Shown here in pieces: positions 42,573-51,286 of a stretch of 63,711 nucleotides of DNA. Source of the stretch: an uncultured Bacilli bacterium (GTDB taxonomy: Bacteria > Bacillota_I > Bacilli_A > RF39 > UBA660); assembly GCA_944350305.1 (NCBI GenBank), contig CALVOO010000001.1:1-63711 (forward strand), written 5' to 3'. The position numbers and the translations under genes were made by a program. Below the pieces are notes generated by a model. That model was not told the DNA's origin. It did not search any database and saw only the letters and a list, made by a program, of their open reading frames with translations. Within the stretch, counting starts at the first letter, position 1, and each line of letters begins with the position of its first letter.

Positions 42573-43025
42573 TCAAATTCTTTGCTTTCTATCATTCAAA
42601 ACAACTTGTAATCTAGAAGAACGCAAAATTTGATTAGTTATTGTACCTATACTTGCAAAAACTTCAACTTCTTTTCCATTTTTAAATTTAATAATAGTTG
42701 ATTTTGGATCTTTTCCCTGTCTGTAACTTAATATATTGTTAAAACTAACCCAAGAACATTTTTCATTTCTTGGAGAATTTAAAGGAAAAAATATAATATT
42801 AGAACTTTCTTCAATAAAAATTGGAGATTTATGAGTTACACCAATTAGAGATTTAGTACCTAACTGTCTTCCTTCCATTGTAGATCCAAAATATTCACAA
42901 CTATGTTCAATAACTTTACTAGCATTTAAGCTAATTTCGTATTCACTGTTTGACTCATAAATGATACTCTTTTTATCACCTAACGAGCAAATATAAAGGG
43001 TATCATTATTAATTTCATAATCCAT
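42573..43025 (-). CDS. comK: competence transcription factor ComK family
   Basis: ...VIEHSCEYFGSTMEGRQLGTKSLIGVTHKSPIFIEESSNIIFFPLNSPRNEKCSWVSF...IKFKNGKEVEV aligns by eye with B. subtilis ComK (DRSCRFFGSSYAGRKAGT...HKPPIMVDPSNQIFLFPT...C.WIS). Start set at ATG 43025 after GGGGGTGA. Confidence 0.82.
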   Translation of the reverse strand: MDYEINNDTLYICSLGDKKSIIYESNSEYEISLNASKVIEHSCEYFGSTMEGRQLGTKSLIGVTHKSPIFIEESSNIIFFPLNSPRNEKCSWVSFNNILSYRQGKDPKSTIIKFKNGKEVEVFASIGTITNQILRSSRLQVVLNDRKQRI

Positions 43026-43114
43026 ATTTATCACCCCCTTTCTTGAAATTAATAAAATTATTATAACATAGAATAATGTCAAAAAATGTTGAAATTTGTC
43101 AAAAAAAAAGACTT

Positions 43115-44236
43115 TTAATAAGTCTTAATTGGCAAAATTAACTGCGTTAAATCCCCTTCTTCTAATTCTTTAATTATGATAGGCTTAATTTCACCGTTTA
43201 ACATTATAATTACTTCCTCACAATTAAAGCTCTTCAAGGCATCCATCATATATTTAGCACTAAAAGAAATTTTCATATTAATACCTGACAAAACTTTAAC
43301 TGGCATTACTTCCTCAACCTTTCCTATTTCGGGACTTGAACTAGTAATAACTATATTACTATCTTTAATCTCCAATTGAATAATATTTTTATCTTTTACT
43401 TGAGTTAATAAAGATGCACGATCAACTACATCATAAAATTCAGTTAAGTTTACTTGCAATTTAGTTTCAAAATCTTTTGGAATTAAAGTATCTGTATTTG
43501 GATATGTACCATTTAGCAAACTAGATTGAAACAAAATATTTTCGTATTTAAACAATACTTTATTACCAAAACAGTATAAAATTAATGTACTTTCCTCATT
43601 TTCTAATATTTTAACCAACTCAATAATATTTTTAGCCGGTATAACAATATTTATATTATTATTAATATCTTTATCCAATTTAACAATCTTTTTAGATAAT
43701 CTATAAGAATCAGTTGCAACAGTTTCAAGTAAATCCCCTACAATTTTCAAATTGATTCCAGTTAACAAAGGTCTACTTTCTTGAGTAGAAGTTGAAAAAA
43801 CAGTTTGATTAATTATTTCTTTAAATTTACCTGTTAATAATTTAATTGGTTTATCATTTTCAGAAATTTCTATTTTTGGAAAATCATTTATATCAAAGCA
43901 ATTTAAATTATATTTAGCATTAGGCGTCGAAATAATAGCTTTGCCACCATCTATATCCTCTATTTCAATATCATCATATGGAAGCTTTCTAACTATATCC
44001 AAAATATATCTTCCAATAATAACAATACTACCTTCACTTTCTACATTCAAAATATCATTTTTATTTATAAAAGTTTTTATAGTTAAATCATTATCAGTTG
44101 CCATCAAAGACAGCCCTTCATTATTTAATTCAAACAAAATACCATTTAAAACTGGAATTATATTTCTATTTGATAAAGCTTTACTAACATTATTTAATCC
44201 TTCTAATAAAATATTTTTTTTAATTTTAAATTTCAT
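43115..44236 (-). CDS. dnaN: DNA polymerase III beta sliding clamp
   Basis: MKFKIKKNILLEGLNNVSKALS.RN.IPVLNGILFE; three-domain length (373 aa); follows dnaA. Confidence 0.95.
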   Translation of the reverse strand: MKFKIKKNILLEGLNNVSKALSNRNIIPVLNGILFELNNEGLSLMATDNDLTIKTFINKNDILNVESEGSIVIIGRYILDIVRKLPYDDIEIEDIDGGKAIISTPNAKYNLNCFDINDFPKIEISENDKPIKLLTGKFKEIINQTVFSTSTQESRPLLTGINLKIVGDLLETVATDSYRLSKKIVKLDKDINNNINIVIPAKNIIELVKILENEESTLILYCFGNKVLFKYENILFQSSLLNGTYPNTDTLIPKDFETKLQVNLTEFYDVVDRASLLTQVKDKNIIQLEIKDSNIVITSSSPEIGKVEEVMPVKVLSGINMKISFSAKYMMDALKSFNCEEVIIMLNGEIKPIIIKELEEGDLTQLILPIKTY

Positions 44237-44357
44237 TTTTTACCATTCCCTTCTTTTATATATATTAATATTATCATTGTTGATAATGTTGATAAGTTAC
44301 AAAATATGCTTAAAAATAAGTTTTTTTGATTGAATTATAACTGTTAATAACTTTAAT
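44237..44357. other. oriC part II (dnaA-dnaN spacer): DnaA boxes plus an AT-rich unwinding candidate
   Basis: Abutting tandem TGTTGATAA TGTTGATAA (44278-44295) and TGTTAATAA (44342-44350), next to the pure A/T stretch TTCTTTTATATATATTAATATTATCAT (44251-44277). Confidence 0.6.
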
Positions 44358-45752
44358 TTATTCACATATCTTTTGTTTCAACTCTCTTATAATTTTATCA
44401 AGTTCAGCATTACTTTTCAAATCAGAACTAATTTTTTCATAAGCATGTATGACTGTTGAGTGATCCCTACCACCAAATTCCAGGCCAATTCTTGGGTAAG
44501 TTTCTTCTGTCATTGTTCTACATAAATACATAGCAATCATTCTTGCATTTGCAATAACCTTACTTCTCCGTTTTCCTTTCAAATCATCAATATGTAAATT
44601 GAAAAAAGAAGCAACAATATTCTGAATTTTTTCAACAGTATTTGGAGCATAAATTGAATTATTAGTATAATCTTTTAAAGCTTCTCTAGCATCATCTAAG
44701 TTTAATCTCTTTATATTCATAATAGCAGAAAAAGCATGTAATCTTGTAATAGCACCTTCCAAATTTCTAACGTCGCTACCACAATTAGCGGCAATAAAAT
44801 CAATTATACTATCATCAAGATCAATAATTAAGTCGCCACTTTTAATTTTATTTTTAATAATTTTTACCTTCAAATCAAATTCAGGAACAGAAATAATAGC
44901 TTTTAATCCCCAATTAAACCGTGTTTTCAGCCTTTCTTCAAATAATTTCAAATCATCTACACTTCTGTCTGAACATATAATAATTTGTTTTTCATCATAA
45001 TATAAACTATTAAATGTATTAGTGAATTCTTGTTGAGTTTTAACAGCTCCAACTAAGAATTGTATATCATCGATCATCAAAACATCTATATCCCTATATT
45101 TACTTTTAAAAAGTTCAATGTAAGATAAATTTTCTTCTTTATTTCCACTATCTTTAGTCAAATTAATAAACTCATTAATAAATTGTTCACTAGTAATATA
45201 TAAAACCTTTTTATTTGAATGTTGTAATAAATAATTTCCGATTGCATGCATCAAATGAGTTTTACCCAGACCACTTTTACCATATAGAAATAAGGGATTA
45301 TATAATTTACCTGGTTTTTCAGCCACAGCTAAAGCACTACTATACGCAAATCTATTAGAATCTCCAACAATAAAATTTTCAAAAGTATATTTTTGATTAA
45401 AATTAGAATAATATTTATAATCATCATTAGAATTTTTTTCTAAAATATTAAGATCATTGTTAATAACATCTAAATTATCAACATCATCTTTAAAACTACC
45501 TGTTTTTTCGTTTTCTAAAATAATTTCTACTGATTGTGGATAACCAATAATTTCTGAAAAAATATCTTCTAACAGCTCCAAATAAAGATTAATAAGTTGA
45601 TTTTTTTGAGCCTCAAAAGGAACAGTTAAAGTAATTTTATCATCACTTAATTTAAATAATTCTAAGTCTTTAAACCAAGTTTGAAAAGAAATACTAGATA
45701 TTTTAGTAATTATAAGCTTTAAAAATTTATCCCATATTTCATTTTTACTCAT
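44358..45752 (-). CDS. dnaA: chromosomal replication initiator protein DnaA
   Basis: FENFIVGDSNRFA, GKSGLGKTHLMHAIGN, MIDDIQFL, and the domain IV signature IGLEFGGRDHSTVIHA. Confidence 0.97.
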   Translation of the reverse strand: MSKNEIWDKFLKLIITKISSISFQTWFKDLELFKLSDDKITLTVPFEAQKNQLINLYLELLEDIFSEIIGYPQSVEIILENEKTGSFKDDVDNLDVINNDLNILEKNSNDDYKYYSNFNQKYTFENFIVGDSNRFAYSSALAVAEKPGKLYNPLFLYGKSGLGKTHLMHAIGNYLLQHSNKKVLYITSEQFINEFINLTKDSGNKEENLSYIELFKSKYRDIDVLMIDDIQFLVGAVKTQQEFTNTFNSLYYDEKQIIICSDRSVDDLKLFEERLKTRFNWGLKAIISVPEFDLKVKIIKNKIKSGDLIIDLDDSIIDFIAANCGSDVRNLEGAITRLHAFSAIMNIKRLNLDDAREALKDYTNNSIYAPNTVEKIQNIVASFFNLHIDDLKGKRRSKVIANARMIAMYLCRTMTEETYPRIGLEFGGRDHSTVIHAYEKISSDLKSNAELDKIIRELKQKICE

Positions 45753-46166
45753 AAAACCACCCTAGACAAGTACCTTTCAACATAATTGTAAATCATTTTT
45801 TAAAAATTTAATAGCATTTTTTTCAATAAAATAATTATAAACATATTTATTAACAAGTTAATAACACGATTTTCATTTATTTTATACTAAAATAAATAAG
45901 TTATCAACATTATCAACATTTTTTTTATTAACCTGTTAATAATTGTTAACCAACTTATTAACATGAATGTTAATAATATTATAAATACCGTAAAATTCCG
46001 ATAAAAAAAGAGTAAAGTTATTAACAATATAAATGTTAACTATAAAAAATAAAGTTGATAAACAAAAACTTATTAACATTATTAATACTTTTAAAGAATA
46101 AAAACAATAATCAGTTGACAAAAACAACGGTATTGTATATAATTAATGCGATTAAGGAGGCAAACT
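45753..46166. other. oriC part I (dnaA-rpmH spacer): dense DnaA-box-like cluster
   Basis: TTATCAACA at 45901 and 45910 (abutting). TTATTAACA at 45847, 45955, 46018 and 46070. Inverted TGTTAATAA at 45934 and 45968. Variants TTATTAACC at 45925 and AGTTGATAA at 46053. The 63-aa ORF called here is a shadow. Confidence 0.75.
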
Positions 46167-46292
46167 ATGAAAATAACACCAAAGGCAAAAAAAAGTTTAA
46201 AAAAAGTTAAAAAACAAGGTTTCATGGCTAGAAAAGATAGCAACATATTAACATCAAGAAGAAAAAAGGGTAGAAAAGCTTTAGTAAAATAA
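46167..46292 (+). CDS. rpmH: 50S ribosomal protein L34 (divergent N-terminus)
   Basis: Below the ORF-track cutoff. AAGGAGG, then 6 nt, then ATG. The translation MKITPKAKKSLKKVKKQGFMARKDSNILTSRRKKGRKALVK carries the L34 C-terminal signature HGF..R......GR..L..RR.KGRK.L and sits in the canonical position upstream of rnpA. Confidence 0.8.
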   Translation: MKITPKAKKSLKKVKKQGFMARKDSNILTSRRKKGRKALVK

Positions 46293-46293
46293 C

Positions 46294-46322
46294 AAACTAC
46301 TTTAAAAAAGGTAGTTTTTTTT
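46294..46322 (+). terminator. hairpin plus T-run between rpmH and rnpA
   Basis: AAACTACTT / AAGGTAGTTT (one G-U pair) followed by TTTTT. Confidence 0.5.
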
Positions 46323-46348
46323 GTATAATCATAACAGCGGTGAATATT

Positions 46349-46669
46349 ATGAATAAAAAATACATCATATCAAAAAACATAGAAATAGAAAAAATAATAA
46401 AAACTGGAAAAAAAATAAGCAATAAATATTTATTAATTTTTTACAAAAAAAATAAATCAAATTTTAATAGATACTGTATATCTATTAGTAAAAAATTAGG
46501 AAATGCTGTAGTACGCAATAAAATAAAAAGACAAATTAAAGACATATTAATGAAAAATAAACTTTGTTTCAGTAGAGATTATGTTATAATAATAAGAAAA
46601 GATTTAATATCACTTAATTATGAACAAAAACGTGAGGAATTAATAAAAAAAATAAAGGAGACAATATGA
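46349..46669 (+). CDS. rnpA: ribonuclease P protein component
   Basis: Basic ~106 aa protein with a ...AVVRNKIKRQIK RNR-like motif, positioned after rpmH. Start set at ATG 46349 after GGTGA. Confidence 0.85.
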   Translation: MNKKYIISKNIEIEKIIKTGKKISNKYLLIFYKKNKSNFNRYCISISKKLGNAVVRNKIKRQIKDILMKNKLCFSRDYVIIIRKDLISLNYEQKREELIKKIKETI

Positions 46670-47571
46670 AAAAAGTAATAATATTAATAATAGCATTATT
46701 ATTTCTAACAACAGGTTGTACAAAAAGTTTTATAGATAAAGAGAGTGAAAAACAATATACTAAAAACATACTATGTCAGCCAACTACAGAAGAAGTAAAA
46801 GAAGTATATATAAATAACCAAGACGAAACAAATGTAGATATAACTAAATTATCAACATGCAATGATTTTAATGTAACAGACGGAGGATATGAAGGTTTAT
46901 GGACGTCAATATTTGTAAAACCTCTGGCATGGTTAATAATTAATATAGGAAAAATAGTTAAAAACTATGGTATAGCAATTATGTTATTAGGTATAGCATT
47001 AAGATTAATACTATTACCAATGAGTAAAAAAACAATGGCTATGAGTGAAAATATGAAAAAAGCAAAGCCAGAATTAGATAAAATAGAAAGAAAATACAAA
47101 GATAAAACTGATCAACAATCAATGATGATGAAAAGCCAAGAAATGATGCTAACATACAAAAAATACAATATTAGTCCAGTATCTAGTTGTTTAGTAGCAT
47201 TCATACAATTACCAATATTATTTGCATTTTTAGAAGCAATACAAAGAGTACCAGTAATATTTGAAGAAAAACTATGGATATTTCATTTAGGCACAACTCC
47301 TTGGGAAGGAATAACAAATGGAAATTATTACTATATAATAATTGTATTATTAATTCTGATAACAACATACTTATCATTTAAAAATATGAATAACATAAGT
47401 ATGGATGAAATGCAAGCAAAACAAATGAACATAATGAACAAATTTATGGTCGGATTCATAACAATAATGTCGTTTGGATTACCTACAGCATTAGCATTCT
47501 ATTGGATAGTAAGTAGTGGTTTTGCAGTAGTTCAAAATATTATTCAGAAGAAAATTGCTGAAAAAAAGTAG
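46666..47571 (+). CDS. yidC: membrane protein insertase YidC (lipoprotein type)
   Basis: Lipobox LLFLTTGC; the conserved ...ILLPMSKK...M..LKPE...I..KYK region; five TM segments. Confidence 0.9.
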   Translation: MKKVIILIIALLFLTTGCTKSFIDKESEKQYTKNILCQPTTEEVKEVYINNQDETNVDITKLSTCNDFNVTDGGYEGLWTSIFVKPLAWLIINIGKIVKNYGIAIMLLGIALRLILLPMSKKTMAMSENMKKAKPELDKIERKYKDKTDQQSMMMKSQEMMLTYKKYNISPVSSCLVAFIQLPILFAFLEAIQRVPVIFEEKLWIFHLGTTPWEGITNGNYYYIIIVLLILITTYLSFKNMNNISMDEMQAKQMNIMNKFMVGFITIMSFGLPTALAFYWIVSSGFAVVQNIIQKKIAEKK

Positions 47572-47584
47572 GGAGTGATAAAAA

Positions 47585-48205
47585 ATGGAAAAGTATTTAT
47601 ATAAAGGAAAAAATGAAGAAGAAACATTAAATCAAGCTTTAGAAGAATTAAAATTAGAAAGAAATGAGGTTTTTTACAAAGTAAGTGAAGAAAAAAGCGG
47701 TTTATTAAAAACAAAAAAGAAAGTAGTCGAAATTGTCAAAGTAAAAGATGTAGCAGATTTAGGAAAGAAAATACTAGAAGAAATAATTAACAATATGGGG
47801 ATTGAAAGTCAAATTGAAACAAAAACAAGAGATAATTTAATTTCATACAATATATATTCAAATAATAATTCAATGTTGATAGGAAAAAAAGGAAGAATAC
47901 TAAATTCCATTCAAATATATTTAAAACAAGCAATATTCAAAAAGATTAATATAAAAACAAACATAGTAATAGATATAGAAAATTATAAATCAAAACAACT
48001 ATATTATTTAATAAAAGATGTCAAAAAAATAGCTAGAGAAGTAACTTTATCAAAAGTACCAGTAAAATTAGACCCAATGAATTCATATGAAAGAAGAGAA
48101 ATTCATAATGCTTTAAGTAAGTTTGATTACATTAAAACAGAGAGTGAAGGCGAAGAGCCAAACAGATATATAGTAATAAAATATAAAGATAAAAATGAAA
48201 AATAG
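47585..48205 (+). CDS. jag: RNA-binding protein Jag/KhpB (Jag_N, KH, R3H)
   Basis: N-terminal Jag domain, a KH-like GKKGRILNSIQ, and an R3H-like ERREIHNAL. Follows yidC. Confidence 0.85.
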   Translation: MEKYLYKGKNEEETLNQALEELKLERNEVFYKVSEEKSGLLKTKKKVVEIVKVKDVADLGKKILEEIINNMGIESQIETKTRDNLISYNIYSNNNSMLIGKKGRILNSIQIYLKQAIFKKINIKTNIVIDIENYKSKQLYYLIKDVKKIAREVTLSKVPVKLDPMNSYERREIHNALSKFDYIKTESEGEEPNRYIVIKYKDKNEK

Positions 48206-48227
48206 TCTATTAAAAAGACTTTTTTTA
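48204..48227 (+). terminator. weak hairpin plus T7 after jag
   Basis: AGTCT-ATTAAAA-AGACT followed by TTTTTTT. Confidence 0.4.
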
Positions 48228-48256
48228 TGCTATATTATAACTAAGGAAGTGACATA

Positions 48257-49822
48257 ATGAAAGAAAAAGAAAAGAAAATTAACACAAAAACAAAAAATAA
48301 AAAACAATTACATTTAGTGTTAGTATATCCAGACTACTTAGAAGGCGATGCATCTAAAAGAAGAAGTGGTGGAAGTTATAGTGAAGGTTTAGCGTCAATA
48401 TCTGCTGTAATAAAACAAGGCGGATACAAAGTATCATTAATACACATTAACCACGAATTTGACGAGAAAGAATATAAAGAACATTTAAATAAATATAAAG
48501 ACGCAGATTTAATTGGCTTTAGTACAAGAACTACAGCATTTGATTATGTAAAAGATTTATTAAAGTGGACAAAAGAAGAACGACCAAATTTATTTACATT
48601 TATGGGTGGATATCATCCAATATTAGTGCCAGATGAATGCATAAAAGTAGATAATCTAGATGCAGTATGTGTAGGAGAAGGCGAATATCCGATATTGGAA
48701 TTAATGAATAGAATGCGTGATGGAAAAGAATATTATGATATACAAAGCTTTTATTTTAAAAAAGGAAAAGAAATCATAAAAAATCCAGTTAGACCATTAA
48801 TAGAAAATCTTGATGAATTACCATTTCCTGATATAAACTTATTTGATTATAAAAACTTAGATACTACCAAAGTTAACACAGCTTTAATAATGTTAAGTAG
48901 AGGATGCATATATGCTTGTACATATTGCGGTAACAGCCAATTTAGAAATATCTATCCAAATAAAGCCAAATATGCAAGATTTAGAAGCCCAGAAAAAAGT
49001 ATAGAATTAATAAAAAACGTATTAAAACAATATCCGAATATAAAATATATATTCTTTAGAGATGCAATATTTAATATGTTTCCAGAATGGTTTGACAAAT
49101 TTATTGATTTATACACAAAAGAAATACATTTACCATTCACTTGTAATTTAAGATTTGATATAGTTACAGAAGATACAGTAAGAAGAATGAAAGAAGCCGG
49201 TTGTTACACAATCGATATAGGGTTAGAGTCAGGTAATAAAGAAATAAGACACAAGTACTTACATAGATATACTACTGATGAACAAATGATAAATTGTTCA
49301 AAATGGTTCAAGAAATACAAAATAACTGTGTTAACATACAACATAATAGGATTACCTTATGAGGATATACATAAAGCATTAGAAACGATAAAATTAAATG
49401 CGAGATTACAAAGTGATCAAATAATCCCAAATGTATTTTACCCATATCCTATGACCATTTTGAAAAAAACAGCAGAAGATGCAGGATTCTTAAGAGAAAT
49501 AACACCAAAAACACAAGTATATATTAAACAACCACAATTTCCAGATCATCAAGTAATATTCATAAGAGACTATTTTATGTATTATGTAAAAAGATATAGA
49601 TGGTGTTTTAAGAAAGACACAAAATTTAGAAAAGCATACGAAAAATGGTTAGATTTTTGGGTTACTGGACCTTTAACTCCAAGAAGAACATTATCATTCT
49701 TTAAAATGCTAAAAGTTAAAAGTATGGGAGTAGCAAAAAAAGTACTAATAAATTATTTCCCAAAAGTATACCTATTTTTAAGAAATAAGAAGAATAAAAT
49801 AAATACAAAAACTTCAAAATAA
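48257..49822 (+). CDS. B12-binding-domain radical SAM protein, function unknown
   Basis: N-terminal Rossmann-like B12-binding module (LVLVYPDY...IGFSTRT...GGYHP), a radical SAM cluster motif (SRGCIYACTYCG, CxxxCxxC), and TIDIGLESG. GGAAGTGA RBS. Confidence 0.8.
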   Translation: MKEKEKKINTKTKNKKQLHLVLVYPDYLEGDASKRRSGGSYSEGLASISAVIKQGGYKVSLIHINHEFDEKEYKEHLNKYKDADLIGFSTRTTAFDYVKDLLKWTKEERPNLFTFMGGYHPILVPDECIKVDNLDAVCVGEGEYPILELMNRMRDGKEYYDIQSFYFKKGKEIIKNPVRPLIENLDELPFPDINLFDYKNLDTTKVNTALIMLSRGCIYACTYCGNSQFRNIYPNKAKYARFRSPEKSIELIKNVLKQYPNIKYIFFRDAIFNMFPEWFDKFIDLYTKEIHLPFTCNLRFDIVTEDTVRRMKEAGCYTIDIGLESGNKEIRHKYLHRYTTDEQMINCSKWFKKYKITVLTYNIIGLPYEDIHKALETIKLNARLQSDQIIPNVFYPYPMTILKKTAEDAGFLREITPKTQVYIKQPQFPDHQVIFIRDYFMYYVKRYRWCFKKDTKFRKAYEKWLDFWVTGPLTPRRTLSFFKMLKVKSMGVAKKVLINYFPKVYLFLRNKKNKINTKTSK

Positions 49823-49834
49823 CGAAGTTTTTTT
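49809..49834 (+). terminator. terminator of the radical SAM gene
   Basis: AAACTTC-AAAATAAC-GAAGTTT followed by TTTT. The stop codon lies in the loop. Confidence 0.55.
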
Positions 49835-49849
49835 ATTTCCTGGGAAATA
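49834..49849. other. NBS-like near-palindrome TATTTCCTGGGAAATA
   Basis: Matches the NBS consensus TATTTCCCGGGAAATA at 15 of 16 positions (one central C to T). Intergenic, embedded in a longer TTTTA...TAAAA symmetric context. Confidence 0.45.
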
Positions 49850-49853
49850 AAAA

Positions 49854-49894
49854 ATATGTAAAAAGTTTACATATCAACCTTTACATGATATAAT
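49854..49894 (+). promoter_or_regulatory. mnmE promoter with an overlapping 21-bp palindrome
   Basis: TTTACA (49866-49871), a 17-nt spacer and TGaTATAAT (49886-49894). The palindrome ATATGTAAA-AAG-TTTACATAT (49854-49874) covers the -35. Confidence 0.5.
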
Positions 49895-49921
49895 CACACA
49901 CGAAAGAAAGAAGGAAGAACC

Positions 49922-51277
49922 ATGGAAGATACAATAGTTGCTATAGGGACTGCATTAGGAGAAAGTGCAATAAATATCATAAAATTAAGTGGTAAAGATG
50001 CCATAAATATAGTTAACAAAAACTTTAAAGGAAAAGATTTGACAAAAGTAGAAACACATACTATAAATTATGGACACATAATAGAAAATAAAGAAATAAT
50101 AGACGAAGTACTAGTAACTGTATTTAAAGCACCAAAAACATTTACAAAAGAAAACGTAGTAGAAATAAATTGCCATGGCGGAATAGCTACAACAAATAAA
50201 ATATTAGAACTAATGCTAGCTTCTGGAGCAAGATTAGCAGAACCAGGTGAATTTTTAAAAAGAGCATATTTAAACGGAAGAATCGATTTAATAGAAGCAG
50301 AGTCAGTACAGGATTTAATTTCAGCCAAAACAGAAACAGCGCGAAAAATGAGCATAAAGGGAATAGATGGGAGTTTATCAAAGATAATAAAAAACTTAAG
50401 AGAAAAAATTTTAGCAGTAATAGCCAACATTGAAGTGAACATTGATTATCCAGAATATGAAGACGCAATTGTAATAACAAACAAAATATTAAAACAAAAT
50501 ATAAAAGAAATAAAAACGAATTTAGAAGAAATACTAAAACAAAGCAAAAATGGTAAAGTAATAAAAAATGGCATAAGAGTTGGAATTTTAGGAAAACCAA
50601 ACGTAGGAAAAAGCAGTTTATTAAATTTATTAATTAACGAAGAAAAAGCAATAGTTACCGATATAGAAGGGACGACTAGAGATATAGTTGAAGGGTCAAT
50701 AATATTAAATGGAATAGAAATTAACTTTATAGATACAGCAGGAATAAGAAAAACTACTAACTATGTTGAACAAATAGGAGTAAAAAAAAGTTATGAAATT
50801 TTAGAAACAGCTGATTTATTATTAGTACTATTAGACAATAGTAAAAAACTAACAAAAGAAGACAAAGAAATATTAGAAAAAACAAACAAAAAAGATGTAA
50901 TAATATTACTTAATAAGATAGATTTAGATCAAAAAATAGAAATAAAAGATTTAAATAAATATAAAATACTAAACATTTCAGTAAAAGAAAATCAAGGAAT
51001 CGAAGAATTAAAAAAACTAATAATATCAAAGTTTAAATTAGACAAAATAGCCAATAGCGATTATACATATCTATCAAATGCAAGACAAATAACATTAATT
51101 AAAGAATGCGTAAAAATTGCCAACCAAATAGAAAAATCAAATAATCAAGGAATAGATGTAGACTTAATCGAAATAGATTTAAAAAGACTATGGGACAAAT
51201 TAGGAGAAATAACAGGAGAAACATACAAAGACGAATTATTAGATGAAATATTTAGTAAATTTTGCTTAGGAAAATAG
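49922..51277 (+). CDS. mnmE: tRNA modification GTPase MnmE
   Basis: DTIVAIGTALGESAI, GKPNVGKSSLLN, DTAGIR, C-terminal FCLGK. Confidence 0.95.
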   Translation: MEDTIVAIGTALGESAINIIKLSGKDAINIVNKNFKGKDLTKVETHTINYGHIIENKEIIDEVLVTVFKAPKTFTKENVVEINCHGGIATTNKILELMLASGARLAEPGEFLKRAYLNGRIDLIEAESVQDLISAKTETARKMSIKGIDGSLSKIIKNLREKILAVIANIEVNIDYPEYEDAIVITNKILKQNIKEIKTNLEEILKQSKNGKVIKNGIRVGILGKPNVGKSSLLNLLINEEKAIVTDIEGTTRDIVEGSIILNGIEINFIDTAGIRKTTNYVEQIGVKKSYEILETADLLLVLLDNSKKLTKEDKEILEKTNKKDVIILLNKIDLDQKIEIKDLNKYKILNISVKENQGIEELKKLIISKFKLDKIANSDYTYLSNARQITLIKECVKIANQIEKSNNQGIDVDLIEIDLKRLWDKLGEITGETYKDELLDEIFSKFCLGK

Positions 51278-51286
51278 GTGATAAAA

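Noticed and set aside
45936-46127. 63-aa ORF in the dnaA-rpmH spacer
   Set aside because: It runs through the DnaA-box cluster, has no RBS, and its sequence merely translates the repeated TGTTAATAA/TTATTAACA boxes.
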